A stretch of DNA of 64,000 nucleotides from Lytechinus pictus (GCF_037042905.1 NC_087251.1:25236001-25300000), one strand, 5' to 3'; shown: positions 51,885-63,479, counted from the first letter of the stretch. Notes: generated from the sequence alone by a model not told the origin. Made by a program: numbers and translations.

Positions 51885-54800
51885 TAGCATCCCTAAATTA
51901 GACCCCAAAAGAGCCAATCTGGAATAAAATTATTGGAAATGGTTTTTTGACTGATTTGAGTAGGTATGGGTGTCAACATTTACCAAAAAAAAGTTAGGAG
52001 GAATACGGGTTGGGGAAAGTGCTTTTTTTCAAGGTCAAAGGTCAATGACCTTTTCGTACATACTGTATAATGGTATCTCTGAGATGGAAAGGCGCAGGTT
52101 GGTGATCATGGTGTCAAAATGCACAGATTCTTACCAGAAGATCAAATGGAATAAAATTAAGTACCTAGAATGCACATTCACGCATAAAATTTAAGGCCAA
52201 AGGTCAATGACCTTTTATACTACATATACCATATTATATAATTGTATCTCTAAGATAAAACGGTGCAGATTGGTGTTCTTGGTGTCAAAACACGCATATT
52301 CTTACAGGAAGATAAAATAAAATTAAGCATCGAGAATGCACATTCACCCATAAAATTCAACGACAAAGGTCAATGTCCTTTTTAGATAATAATAATGGTA
52401 TCTCTGAGATAAAACACCGCAGGTTGGTGATCTTGGTGCCAAAATCCAAAGACTTGTACAAGAAGATTAAACAACACTAAAATAAGTATAAAGAATAAAC
52501 TTTCACCCTTTAAATCCTAGATCAGAGGAAATATATAATCTATATGATATAAAAATAACCAAAAACAATATATTTTGTGTTCATATTTTATATCTAAATA
52601 ATGTAAATAACCATGGCTTATTTGTAATGAAAACATGGAGGTTTCATAATTTCGGTCTGAAATAATGACGGCCATGGAGAATGTATTTAGGGGTCAGAGG
52701 TCAATGAGCCCTTTCCAAAATACCAGTGGAAATTAAGTTAAAAAAGTTGATAACCAAATAACACTTTTTCATATACTGCGATGCATTGCCAAAAGCACTG
52801 AAAAAATAAATGAAATCAAGTATATAATTTGAAATGATTTTTATCTTAAGTAGCAGCATTTAATGCATCATTATATCTAAATCAAGGTTGTCGTGTCTTT
52901 TCTCTCCAGCGATAGGCCACTCACCTCAATGTTATAATAAATACTATAAACTATTAGCTTAATCTTCTGAAAATGGATAGGACAGGTCTAACTCTCATGT
53001 CACAGCTAGCATCATCTGAGAGCATTTCCAAACAGCAGAGGGATGATGATGAGGATGAAATGAAGGCCATCATTAGAGCTGCAGCTTCTGTCATATACAT
53101 GTAGTAAATTATATATATATCAACTTCAACAAAGGTGAATACCCGTATTATTAGTACCTTTCATCAGTTCATTGCGAGCTGCCAGAATATCTTGTGATGC
53201 TAATGCTGCAAGACAAAACTTCATATCTGCTCTCTGCCGTACGTCACCCATGATGCTATTTCTACTAGGTATCAGTTTGTACAAGGATCATGTTTTTGGT
53301 CCAGAACAACTGATTGTTATCATGCACAAATTAGGCATATAACAATGAAATTCAAAAGGAGATAATAGCTTACAAGTACACATCCATCGACCTAACAAAA
53401 CTCCTACAGCACCACTTCCAGTTCTTGAGAATCAAGCTGTGCAATTATCAGTAATAATATAGATCCTGGTCTGATATCCCTTGACAGAACGTTAGGCTTT
53501 CATTGAATGGGCCAGATCAAAGTCTTGAAAATGTCAGAAGGTTTTCAAGAGTTCAATTACTCTTTGCTGAAGTTGAGACACTTAACTTCATCTATGACAA
53601 AAAAAGCTGCAGCTCCAATGATTGCCTTATTTTAATTCTTCGTCATTGTCCCTGGCTATATGAAAATGTTCTCGGATGATGCTTGCCATAAGACTTAGGC
53701 CTATCCTATCCATTTACAGATTAAGTTATAGTGTTATAGTATTGATTGTAGCATTTGAGGTTAGTGACCTATTGCTACAGAGAAATTAGTACCTTGATTT
53801 AGATTTATAAAATGCATATCTAAATGCTGCTACTTTGGGTAACTTCACCATTGTCACCATTTCAAATTATATCACACATTATTTTTTTTACACTTTTGTC
53901 AATGCATTACAGTATATTATAAGAAAAAGTGCTATTTGATCCAATTTTACCTCGAACTTGTATTTTGACATCATCATTGGTCAAGGATTCAACTATCAAA
54001 TTTGTGTTCTTTTTCCACGCAGGTCAGTCTTTTTCCCATCAGAATCACTATACCTACATGCCACAATCACGTTATATCGACCTATTTACTTAAATTCCCT
54101 GACGCTATTGACATAGTTGATTGACCTTTAACTCCTAAATATATTTTTATGGCCATTTTTTATCCTTATTTCTTTCAGAGTGAAATTATTAGACTTCCAA
54201 GTGTTCATTACAAATAGTTATCTTTCTTTCTATTATTCACAAATAAAATGTGAATATAATGGATTAATTTCTTTTGGGGGGAATCATGCATGGATATATA
54301 AATATTTATCAACTTTTGACCTTTGACTTTGGATATTGAATTATTCTGTATGATTATTTTGAGTCTTTTTTATCTTCTTGCAAAAATTGCTTTTTGACAT
54401 CAAAATCACCAACATGCAGCGTTTTATCTCAGAGATACCTTTATACGATATATAGCCTATGTAAAAAGGTCACTGACCTTTGACCTTGAACTTTATGGGT
54501 TAGTATGCATTCTAGGTGATTAACTTTATCTTATTTGACCTTCCAGTAAGAATCTGGGAATTTTGATACAACGATCACCAACCTGTGCCGTTTCATCTCA
54601 GAGATACTATTATACAGTATGATACATAATGTAAAAAAGGTCATTGACCTTTGAAAGGCTTTTACCTTGAATGTTTTTACTTTAATGTGCATTCTGGGTA
54701 CTTAATTCTATTTTATTTGATCTTCCTGTAAGAACCTCTGCATTTTGACACCAAGATCACCAACCTGCACCTTTTCATCTCAGAGATACCATTATACCGT

Positions 54801-55150
54801 ATATGGTTTATAATGTAATAAAGGTCATTGAACTTTGAAAGGCTTTGACCTTGAATTTCATGGGTGAATGAGCATTATAGGTACTTGATTTGATTTTATT
54901 TGATCTTCTTGTAAGAATCTGTGCATTTTGACACCATGACCACCAACCTGTAATATTTTATCTGGGAGATACCATGATACAGTATATTTAAAAAGGTCAT
55001 TGACCTTTGACCTTGAAAAAAAGCTCTTTCCCCAACCCGTATTCCTCCTAACTTTTTTTTTGTAAATGTTGACACCCATACCTACTCAAATCAGTCAAAA
55101 AACCATTTCCAATAATTTTATTCCAGTCGGTTACTAATTACGGGATACTA
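51885..55150. mobile_element. Academ-type non-autonomous foldback element, 3.27 kb
   Basis: TAG...CTA termini (TAGCATCCC / GGGATACTA), TTT TSD, inverted arms over 1 kb with subrepeats of about 170-185 bp. Confidence 0.8.
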
Positions 55151-55283
55151 TTTATAGATTTCAACTTACATCTTACAATTACAACTACTCTACAAAATGT
55201 AAATAATATGGTAATTAATCAATTACTTTGTAATTGAGCCCAACCCTGGTGAAGGGATACCTACACAATTAATCATCACTTAA

Positions 55284-55859
55284 AGGGATGGTCCGGGCTG
55301 AAAGTATGTATAGCTTAATAAATAGAGTAAATTCCACTGAGCAAAATGCCGAAAATTTCATCAAAATCGGATAACAAATAACAAAGTTATTGAATTTAAA
55401 GTTTAGCAATATTTTGTGAAAACAGTCGTCATGAATATTCAATAGGTGGGCTGATGATGTCACATCTCTTGTTCTTTTGTATTTTGTTATATGAAATTAG
55501 GTTTATTTAATTTTTTTCCTCAAAGAACTAGAAAAATTGGATTGACAACTGATTTAGTGCATTAGATATTTATTGCTGCAACTTATTTTATCATAAGAGA
55601 GACATATTATTCACACAAGTATGAAATAATGAAAAAAATATGATTTTATGTAATAACATAAGAAACGGAAAGTGGGGATGTGACATCATCAGCCACCTAA
55701 TGAATATTCATGAAGACTGTTTTCACAAAATATTGCTAAACTTTAAACTTCAATAACTTTATTATTAGTTATCTGATTTTGATGAAATTTTCAGCATTTT
55801 GCTCAGTGAATTCTACTCTATGTATTAAGATATACATATTTTCAGCCCGGATCATCCCT
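55284..55859. mobile_element. Kolobok-like MITE family D, copy 2
   Basis: TTAA on both sides; highly similar to 40858-41439. Confidence 0.95.
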
Positions 55860-55874
55860 TTAATGATCATCGTC

Positions 55875-56170
55875 ATGATCTTCTTCTCCTTCTTCCTCTT
55901 CTTCTTCTTCTCCTTCTTCTTCTTCCTCCTCTCCTTCTTCTTCTTCCTCTCCCCCCTCTACTTCTTCTTCTTCTCCTTCTTCTTCTTCCTCTCCAATTCT
56001 CCTCCTCTTCTTCGTCTTCTTCTTCTATTGTTTTTTATTATTATGTATTCTTTTTTTCCTTCCGTGCTCTACTTCTTCTGGCTTCTTCTGCTTCTCCCCC
56101 TTCTTCTTCTTCTTCTGCTCTTCTTCCTCCTCACCCTCTTCTTCTTAATTTTTCTTAATTCTCCTTCTTC
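55875..56170. repeat. Degenerate (CTT)n/(CTC)n microsatellite
   Basis: Direct observation. Confidence 0.9.
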
Positions 56171-56174
56171 TTAA

Positions 56175-56760
56175 AGGAGAATGAAACTCTTGGAGCAAGT
56201 TAGCTTTTGTGAAAGCAGAAAAATCAAAGAACAAGATCAACAAAAGTTTGAGTAAAATAGGACTAGCAATAGAAGAGTTATGAGCATTTGAATGTCGAGA
56301 TCATTAATGCTATGGAGATCCTCCCATTGGCAACGCAACCAAGATCTATGATATCACAGATGAACAACTCTCCCCTTGTGGACACTGAAAATATACCCCA
56401 AAACATCTCTTTTTGCTCATTCTAATCATATGACAAACGATTCATCAATAATATAATGTTGTGAAACCTCTGTACTTGTCCTCTCATATTAAGAGAACAC
56501 TTCACCGTGTGATAGATTCTATAAAAGTGAGAATATAAGTGAAATAAGTACTAAAGCAATGAGGGAGTTGTACGTGTGTGACATCACAGATCTTGGTCGC
56601 ATTGCCAATGGGAGGATATACATGGCATTAGTGATCTCAATATTCAAATGCTCATAACTTTCTTATTATTCATTCAATCTTCCTCAAACTTTCAACAATA
56701 TGTTTCTTTGATTTTTCTCTTTGATATGGATTCAGCTGGTTTCAAGGGTTTCATTCTCCT
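56175..56760. mobile_element. Kolobok-like MITE family E
   Basis: TTAA|AGGAGAATGAAAC...GTTTCATTCTCCT|TTAA; copy at 60870. Confidence 0.93.
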
Positions 56761-56879
56761 TTAACTCCCCCCCCCCCTCGTTCTTCTCCTCCTTCGCGAA
56801 GTAGCGTATAGGCATGCGAAGATGGATCTACTACAAGAACGCACTTCAGTAAAGTATCTTCGAATGTGCATTCTCTCTC

Positions 56880-56990
56880 ACGACTATACAACTCAACCTG
56901 ATGTAAGCTCGTCTCTCCATTTCGCCATTTGCATTCTAACCTTTCCTTCTGGCGCCTTTTGGTTTTCTTCAGACTCTCCGGCCAGTGAGT
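56880..56990 (+). promoter_or_regulatory. Probable promoter / non-coding exon 1 of COA6
   Basis: YY1-like CGCCATTT (~56923), pyrimidine initiator-like CTTTCCTTCT (56941), donor CA|gtgagt at 56985. Confidence 0.45.
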
Positions 56991-57759
56991 AACTCTGGTT
57001 TTCTACACTCTTCAGTAGTTTTCTCCCTCTGCTGCTTTACTTACATATTGTGCAAATCTGGTGCAATCAGGCCCCTGGTGGCTGGTGCCATTTAATTAGA
57101 CTATTCTATTCCAATTTTTTTTAAGCAGCATAGCATCGAACTAGTCTAGTCCGATCAAGTTGAACGTGGACGAGCTTCCTCAGTATTTATATAACGTTAC
57201 ACGGAATTTAAAGTAGTTTGAGCTATTGTCAACCCCTCTTATTTTTGCTTGTTTTAAGGTAAGGCAACTAAGAAATGTGAATGTGGATTTAGACTGATTT
57301 GAAGAACTGACTTGGTACGACGCATCAACCGTAGTCGAAACAGTGAAAGTTAGGCAAGATCCTCACTTAAGACAGTCTTAATTCTATTGTAGTCCCGCAT
57401 GCAGCATTTTGTGCTGGGCTTGTTGGGCCAATCATATCACCAGATAGAGTCTACTTCATTCAGCATTATGATTATGCCATTAGTTTAAACTCTATTCTTG
57501 CTGCTAGTGTTACTGCTCTATTAGCTACTCCTTCTTGTTTTATTTCTATATTTAAAAAATTTATTCTCATTGTATCGTTGAAAAGAAACTGTAAATGCTG
57601 TGTGAACTTTAAGTCTGGAAAAAATGAAATTACATTATCCTGTTATCCATAATAATTTTTATTTCAATGGTAGTGGTAGGCCTATCAGATTTAGTATTGT
57701 CATGATTGTGGTCGGAATTATTCCCGATATTTGCCTACGCTTTGGAGATTGGCCCCAAC

Positions 57760-59855
57760 TAAGCTTGTAACCGATTTTGCAATCGGCAACCGATTCCATT
57801 CGATTTCACAACAATCGGCGATCACTTGCCGATCTTCGATCATGCCCCTTGAAGGAAAAAATCGGATATAAAAAATCGGCATACCTGTAGGGCCTAGATC
57901 TAGTTACAGTGCGGTCAGAACATATTTCAAGATTGTTCTTGCAGAGGTGCTAGCTATTTAGAGCTTTTTAACAATCGAATAGTTCGAACAATCGAGATTC
58001 CTAGAATGTCAGAAATGACTCATAAAAGGTTGACCTACTTATGATGACCTACCGGTAGCTGCGCTGACTGGTATGGCGGGAGTGTAACTTGGAATGAATG
58101 TATTGTATAATATACAAACAATGAACATGTACTTGTACTGTGTTTGTCATTTATCCCGCCCATGAGTGCACACAATGGCCAATAGCAATGGAGTTTGAGA
58201 GCTGTATGTGACTGCATGGGTGCATGAATGTGTTGTATGCATTATGTATGCTAGTGCTTATGCTGATAAATCCCGCCCATAAGTGAATACAATGGACCAA
58301 TAGCAAGGGAGTTTGAAAGCTGTGTGTGACTGCATGAATGTGTTGTACGCATTATGTATGCTAGTGCTTACGCTGATAAATCCCGCCCATGATTGAATAC
58401 AATGGACGAATGACAAGGGAGTTTGAGAGCTATGTGTGACCGCGTGGGTGTAGGAATGTATTGTGTGTATTACGTATGCTAGTGCTTGCGCTAATTTTTG
58501 TCATAATCCCGCCCATGAGTGCACACAATGGCCAATAGCAATGGAGTTTGAGAGCTGTATGTGACTGCATGGGTGCATGAATGTGTTGTATGCATTATGT
58601 ATGCTAGTGCTTATGCTGATAAATCCCGCCCATAAGTTAATACAATGGACCAATAGCAAGGGAGTTTGAGAGGTGTGTGTGACTGCATGAATGTGTTGTA
58701 CGCATTATGTATGCTAGTGCTTACGCTGATAAATCCCGCCCATGAGTGAATACAATGGACGAATGACAAGGGAGTTTGAGAGCTATGTGTGACCGCGTGG
58801 GTGCAGGAATGTATTGTGTGTATTACGTATGCTAGTGCTTGCGCTAATTTTTGTCATAATCCCGCCCATGAGTTCACACAATGGACGAATAGCAAGGGAG
58901 TTTGAGAAATGTATATGAATGCTGGGTGCATGGATGTGTTGTATATGCTAGTCAATGCCCTGCTTAAATCCCGCCCATAAGTGCACACACGGCCTAGGTA
59001 CGAATAATAGCAAGGGAGTTTGAGAGCAGTGTGTATGGATGTGTTGCGTGTTGTATGTATAATGTAAGCCATACTTGCAGTGATATATTGTCATTAATCC
59101 AGCCAGTGAGCCAACTCAAAGAATAGCACTGTTAGCAGTGTCAATCAAACCCACCACGTGCACATGCCAAAAGGTAGTGTAAAGAATTTTGCGCTAGCCC
59201 GTTGAGTCTGGGCGGTTCCAGTTCTCGGCTATGCCACAAAACTATCTTGTATTGTGTGAATGCTTGCGCGCATTGCGTAATTCACTGATATTGTTGAGTG
59301 GGTGGGTATACAAAAAGATCGATACTGAGGCGTGACTTAACTTTTCCCAGAACTGATTCGGAGAAATGATGTACCAAGTAAGCTATTATAACAAAATGGG
59401 TGTACTTTGGAATGGTTATTGGGCGTGGCTGTAATCACATATTATAATGAGCGAACTTAGCTGAGCTCAGCTTCACATAAAAATACTTATAAAAGATGTC
59501 CCGCCGATCGTTCATTGACCTGTGATCTACGAGAATTATTTTCCTTTGCGACTGCTCGGAAGATGCGTCATTCGTTTATCTTTCTAATAAAAATCACTCA
59601 TTTTATTGTTAAGCAGTTAAACCTCAAAACCCTTTAAAAGCATGTTCCAAACGATCGCGCATGTCGACTACTTCCATTCCTAAACATTCGTCTTTGTGAG
59701 CTTTGTCAGGAAGATGCGCGCGACCGCGAACAAAATGTTGATGTATTCCTTTGTTTTTAAACATCGCCGATTCGATTTTCGATTCGATTTCGATTTTAGA
59801 AGCTTAACTGCCGATCCGATTTTCGATCTGATTTTTGATCTGATTTACAACATTA
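57760..59855. mobile_element. hAT-type non-autonomous element carrying a minisatellite
   Basis: Perfect 8-bp TSD GCCCCAAC; termini TAAGCTTGTAA / TTACAACATTA; CGAT-rich subterminal repeats at both ends. Confidence 0.8.
58145..59075. repeat. Minisatellite, 8 units of 109-126 bp, with a 353-bp higher-order repeat
   Basis: TCCCGCCC anchors at 58154, 58271, 58381, 58507, 58624, 58734, 58860, 58969. Confidence 0.95.
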
Positions 59856-60869
59856 GCCCCAACCTAAACTTAGTGCATGTATGAATAAATTTGTTTTCTC
59901 TTATTATATTTACCCCAACTTTGTTATTATTTCACATACCGTACCGGTACTAATTTTTTTAAAGATATGTTATATGTATATGTATTATGTTATGTACCTG
60001 TTACTATACACCAAAATTGTACATTAAGTTTTATACTACTGCCCTTCATCGATAGTTATGCGTCATGACCTGGGCCTATCTTAATTTTTATTATGTTTTG
60101 CATTGACTTTGTAAATTTTTTTCCTTTAATAAAGTGATATCAAATCATAGACTAAGACATTCTAAGTCTTTTGACTTAGCCTCAGTTACACTGTCTCTGG
60201 CCCCAATCTTAGTCTTATTACCAATGGGGTAAATGCAACAGTATTAACCTCATAGGTGACAATACCGCATGTTGGTGCATGCGCCCACTGTAACACAGTG
60301 TCGCAGGCACTCATCCTACGAACGAGGTTATAATGGTCGCAGGGTGAGCTGTCTAGTGATTTTTAAAAATCTCTTTTTAGTTATGAGCTTTTTTGAGTAA
60401 AATTAGTAATTGGGCATTGCAGTGTAGATGTCATAATTTATATCTAAGGTAATTTGGAAAAAAATGTCTTTGCATTTTTTACAATGATGCTTGAAAGTCA
60501 ACCTTTTTCGAAACTAAAAAATATGATCCCCTAGACATTGAGTCCCTTATATACAGGAATACCTATTTCTTCTGTGTCATTGATGATTATGATGATGAAG
60601 CCATGATGTTTACAAGGGTACAATGTGTAAATAATGATATGCTCTTTTTATTTGTTATCAATTCATAATAAAGTATGAAAGTGAACTTACTAGTTAGTAA
60701 CTTGAAACATTATGTGCTTTGATACAAAGTTTGAACAGTGCATTTAATCATGTATGGAAGATCAATACATTTATTTTTGCAGACTTTTGTTATGAAAATC
60801 ATTTTAAATGTTCATAAGATAAAAGAAAAATTATATAAAAAGACAAGAAATGATTGAAAAAATACTTAA

Positions 60870-61452
60870 AGGAGAATGAAACTCTTGGAGCAAGTTAGCT
60901 TTTGTGAAAGCAGAAAAATCAAAGAATAAGATCAACAAAACTTTGAGTAAAATAGGACTAGCAATAAAAGAGTTATGAGCATTTGAATGTCGAGATCACT
61001 AATGCTATGGAGATCCTCCCATTGGCAATGCGACCAAGATCTGTGATGTCACACATGTACAACTCTCCCATTTGGACACTGAAAATATACCCCAAAACAT
61101 ATCTTTTTGCTTATTCTAATCATATGACAAACGATTCATCAATGGTATAATGTTGTGAAACCTCTGTACTTGTCATCTCATAAAGAGAACACCTCACCTT
61201 GTGATAGACTCTATAAAAGTGAGAATATAAGTGAAATAAGTACTAGAGTAATGAGGGAGTTGTACGTGTGTGATATCACAGATCTTGGTCGCATTGCCGA
61301 TGGGAGGATCTACATGGCACTAGTGATCTCAATATTTAAATGCTCATAACTTTCTTATTATTCATTCAATCTTCCTCAAACTTTCAACAATATGTTTCTT
61401 TGATTTTTCTCTTTAATATGGATTCAGCTGGTTTCAAGGGTTTCATTCTCCT
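60870..61452. mobile_element. Kolobok-like MITE family E, copy 2
   Basis: TTAA on both sides; highly similar to 56175-56760. Confidence 0.93.
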
Positions 61453-61456
61453 TTAA

Positions 61457-62048
61457 AGGTCAAGTCCACCCCAGCAAAATGTTGTCAGAGAAAAACCAAA
61501 CTATCATAACACTGAAAATTTCATCAAAATCGGATATAAAATAAGAAAGTTATGGCATTTTAAAGTTTCGCTTAATTTTCACAAAACAGTGATATGCACA
61601 ACTCAGTGACATGCAAATGAGTCAGTCGATGTCCATCACTCACTCTTTCTTTTGTTTTTTATTGTTTAAATGATACAATATTTCATTTTTTTACAGATTT
61701 GACCGTAGGGACCGACTTGACTGAATCATTATTACACAATGCTAATTCCACATGTTCAGGGAAGAATTATTAATCACTGTTTCACTTGAAAATGAGGAGA
61801 AAATTCGAATATCTCATATAATAAAATACCGGTACAAAAGAAATAGTGAGTGGATGACGTCATCAGTCTCCTCATTTGCATACCAGCCAGGATGTGCATG
61901 TGTAACTGTTTTGTGAAATTAAGCGAAACTTGAAAATGTCATATTTTTTTTTATTTTACATCCGATTTTGATGAAATTTTCAGTGTTATGCTTGTTGGAT
62001 TTTTCTCTTTTTATTTAAATCAATTTTTTGTTGGGGTGGACTTGTCCT
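61457..62048. mobile_element. Kolobok-like MITE family A, copy 2
   Basis: Shares TTAA (61453-61456) with the preceding element; AGGTCAAGTCCACCCC...GGGGTGGACTTGTCCT. Confidence 0.9.
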
Positions 62049-62349
62049 TAAAAGGTAGAAAGTGCGTACATGTAGGCTACATTTAGCTAGAGTCTACCTG
62101 GTATTGAACCTCCATAATTCTTGATTTGTGTAGTGTAGTATTATGAATAAAGTACATGTATTACTTCTGTATGTAATTAATGTAATATACTAAACTTACA
62201 TTAGTATGAGTGTATCAATCATTATTTCCAGCTTCTCAGTTTGTTAAAAAAAATCAGTAGCAAACTTTTCATTACTTCTTAGCAAGCCAATACAAACTAC
62301 ATTTACATGAAGCAATAGCACCATGAATTCTCAAATAAATTTCAATAAA

Positions 62350-63000
62350 TGATATTCAATTCAAGTGTTTTATTTTCCACTTTCAATTTTTATATATTGA
62401 CAATATTGATACAGCAGAGCGTAATATATTCACATCTAAATTGCATAGTACAATAATACAATTCAAATTAAAATATGAATTGAAAGAGAGGAAGGGCAAA
62501 CTCAAAAGCAGAGCTTGTAATGATGTAGGCACCTATGTAAAAAGTAAATGTTATGATAGGAAATAAAGTCAGTTATGGACTATACTGTATTACAAATCAA
62601 TTAAAAAAAGAAGGGTAAATATATACAGATACATGAAGGTATACAAATGTCAGTTTCAGCAATTAGTACCACTTTGTTTGGTGAATGAAATAATCAAGTA
62701 ACTGTTCAGATGAAATCTTTTAAAGACTTCTTTTGAAAATGACTATTGAATTATATTCAAAGAGCATGTTTTATCCATTATTTTTATAATTCATAGATAT
62801 TGTTTATGTCACTTGTAAAATAATTCCATATAGGTATACTCATAAAACAAATGTCTATTGACATTTTTAGCAATAACTTGACTTCATTACTGTCGTACCC
62901 CACCACATTCTCTTTTCTTTCTCAGAGAAAGTCATGTAATGGAATTGAATTATAGAAAGGAAAAAACAGTCTTTAGTTGATTGGGAAATGTTGATTATAA
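62350..63000 (-). mobile_element. Degenerate CR1-group LINE 3' fragment
   Basis: - strand 3' UTR-like tacaagctctgcttttgagtttgcccttcc...aataaaacacttgaattgaa, preceded by ORF-end-like KSLKDF. Confidence 0.5.
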
Positions 63001-63298
63001 TGCATGTAAGAATCATGTATACTGTATTCTGCAATGTTTTAGAAATGCCAGACTTATTAGAAATTAACTTGAATTATTGTTAATATTAATTTTGTTTTGA
63101 GTACATGGAAATTTTATTTGACCAGGAGGTTTTAGTCATTTTCTGGTAATGTTTTTTTTTTCTTATAAAGAACATTTTATTCATTTAATAAATCAATGAT
63201 ATTCTTTTTAAATACATTAAACAAAATCCTTGAAAATTTTATTATCTTAAAACTTAAATTCTCCCATGACAGGAATTTCCCTTTAAGGAAGATACAAC

Positions 63299-63451
63299 AT
63301 GTCTAAGCCATCCTTTCCTGATGCTAATGCCAGAAAGGTGTGCTGGGGAGCAAGGGATGCATATTTTGATTGCTTATCAGCTAATAATGATGATGAATCA
63401 AAGTGCAAAGAGCTCAAACAAGCATTTGAAGCCAACTGCTCCAAAGCATGG
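63299..63451 (+). CDS. COA6: Cytochrome c oxidase assembly factor 6, first coding exon
   Basis: MSKPSFPDANARKVCWGARDAYFDCL...KC...FEANCSKAW, a Cx9C-x-Cx10C pattern of the COA6/COX6B family. Acceptor at 63272, donor TGG|gtaagt. Confidence 0.9.
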
Positions 63452-63479
63452 GTAAGTTTTTTTTTAATGTCAGAAGAAA

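Larger units (their letters stand above)
51292..55248. mobile_element. hAT-type MITE (AATTAC-rich) hosting an RTE fragment and an Academ element
   Basis: TIR CAGGGTTGGGCT / AGCCCAACCCTG; TSD GTGAAGGT / GTGAAGGG. Confidence 0.85.

Noticed and set aside
55779..56174. 131-aa hydrophobic ORF
   Set aside because: Translation of a MITE end plus the (CTT)n microsatellite
58145..59075. CRISPR-like repeat array
   Set aside because: Whole units are homologous to each other with no unique spacers, there are no cas genes, and the context is eukaryotic; it is a minisatellite
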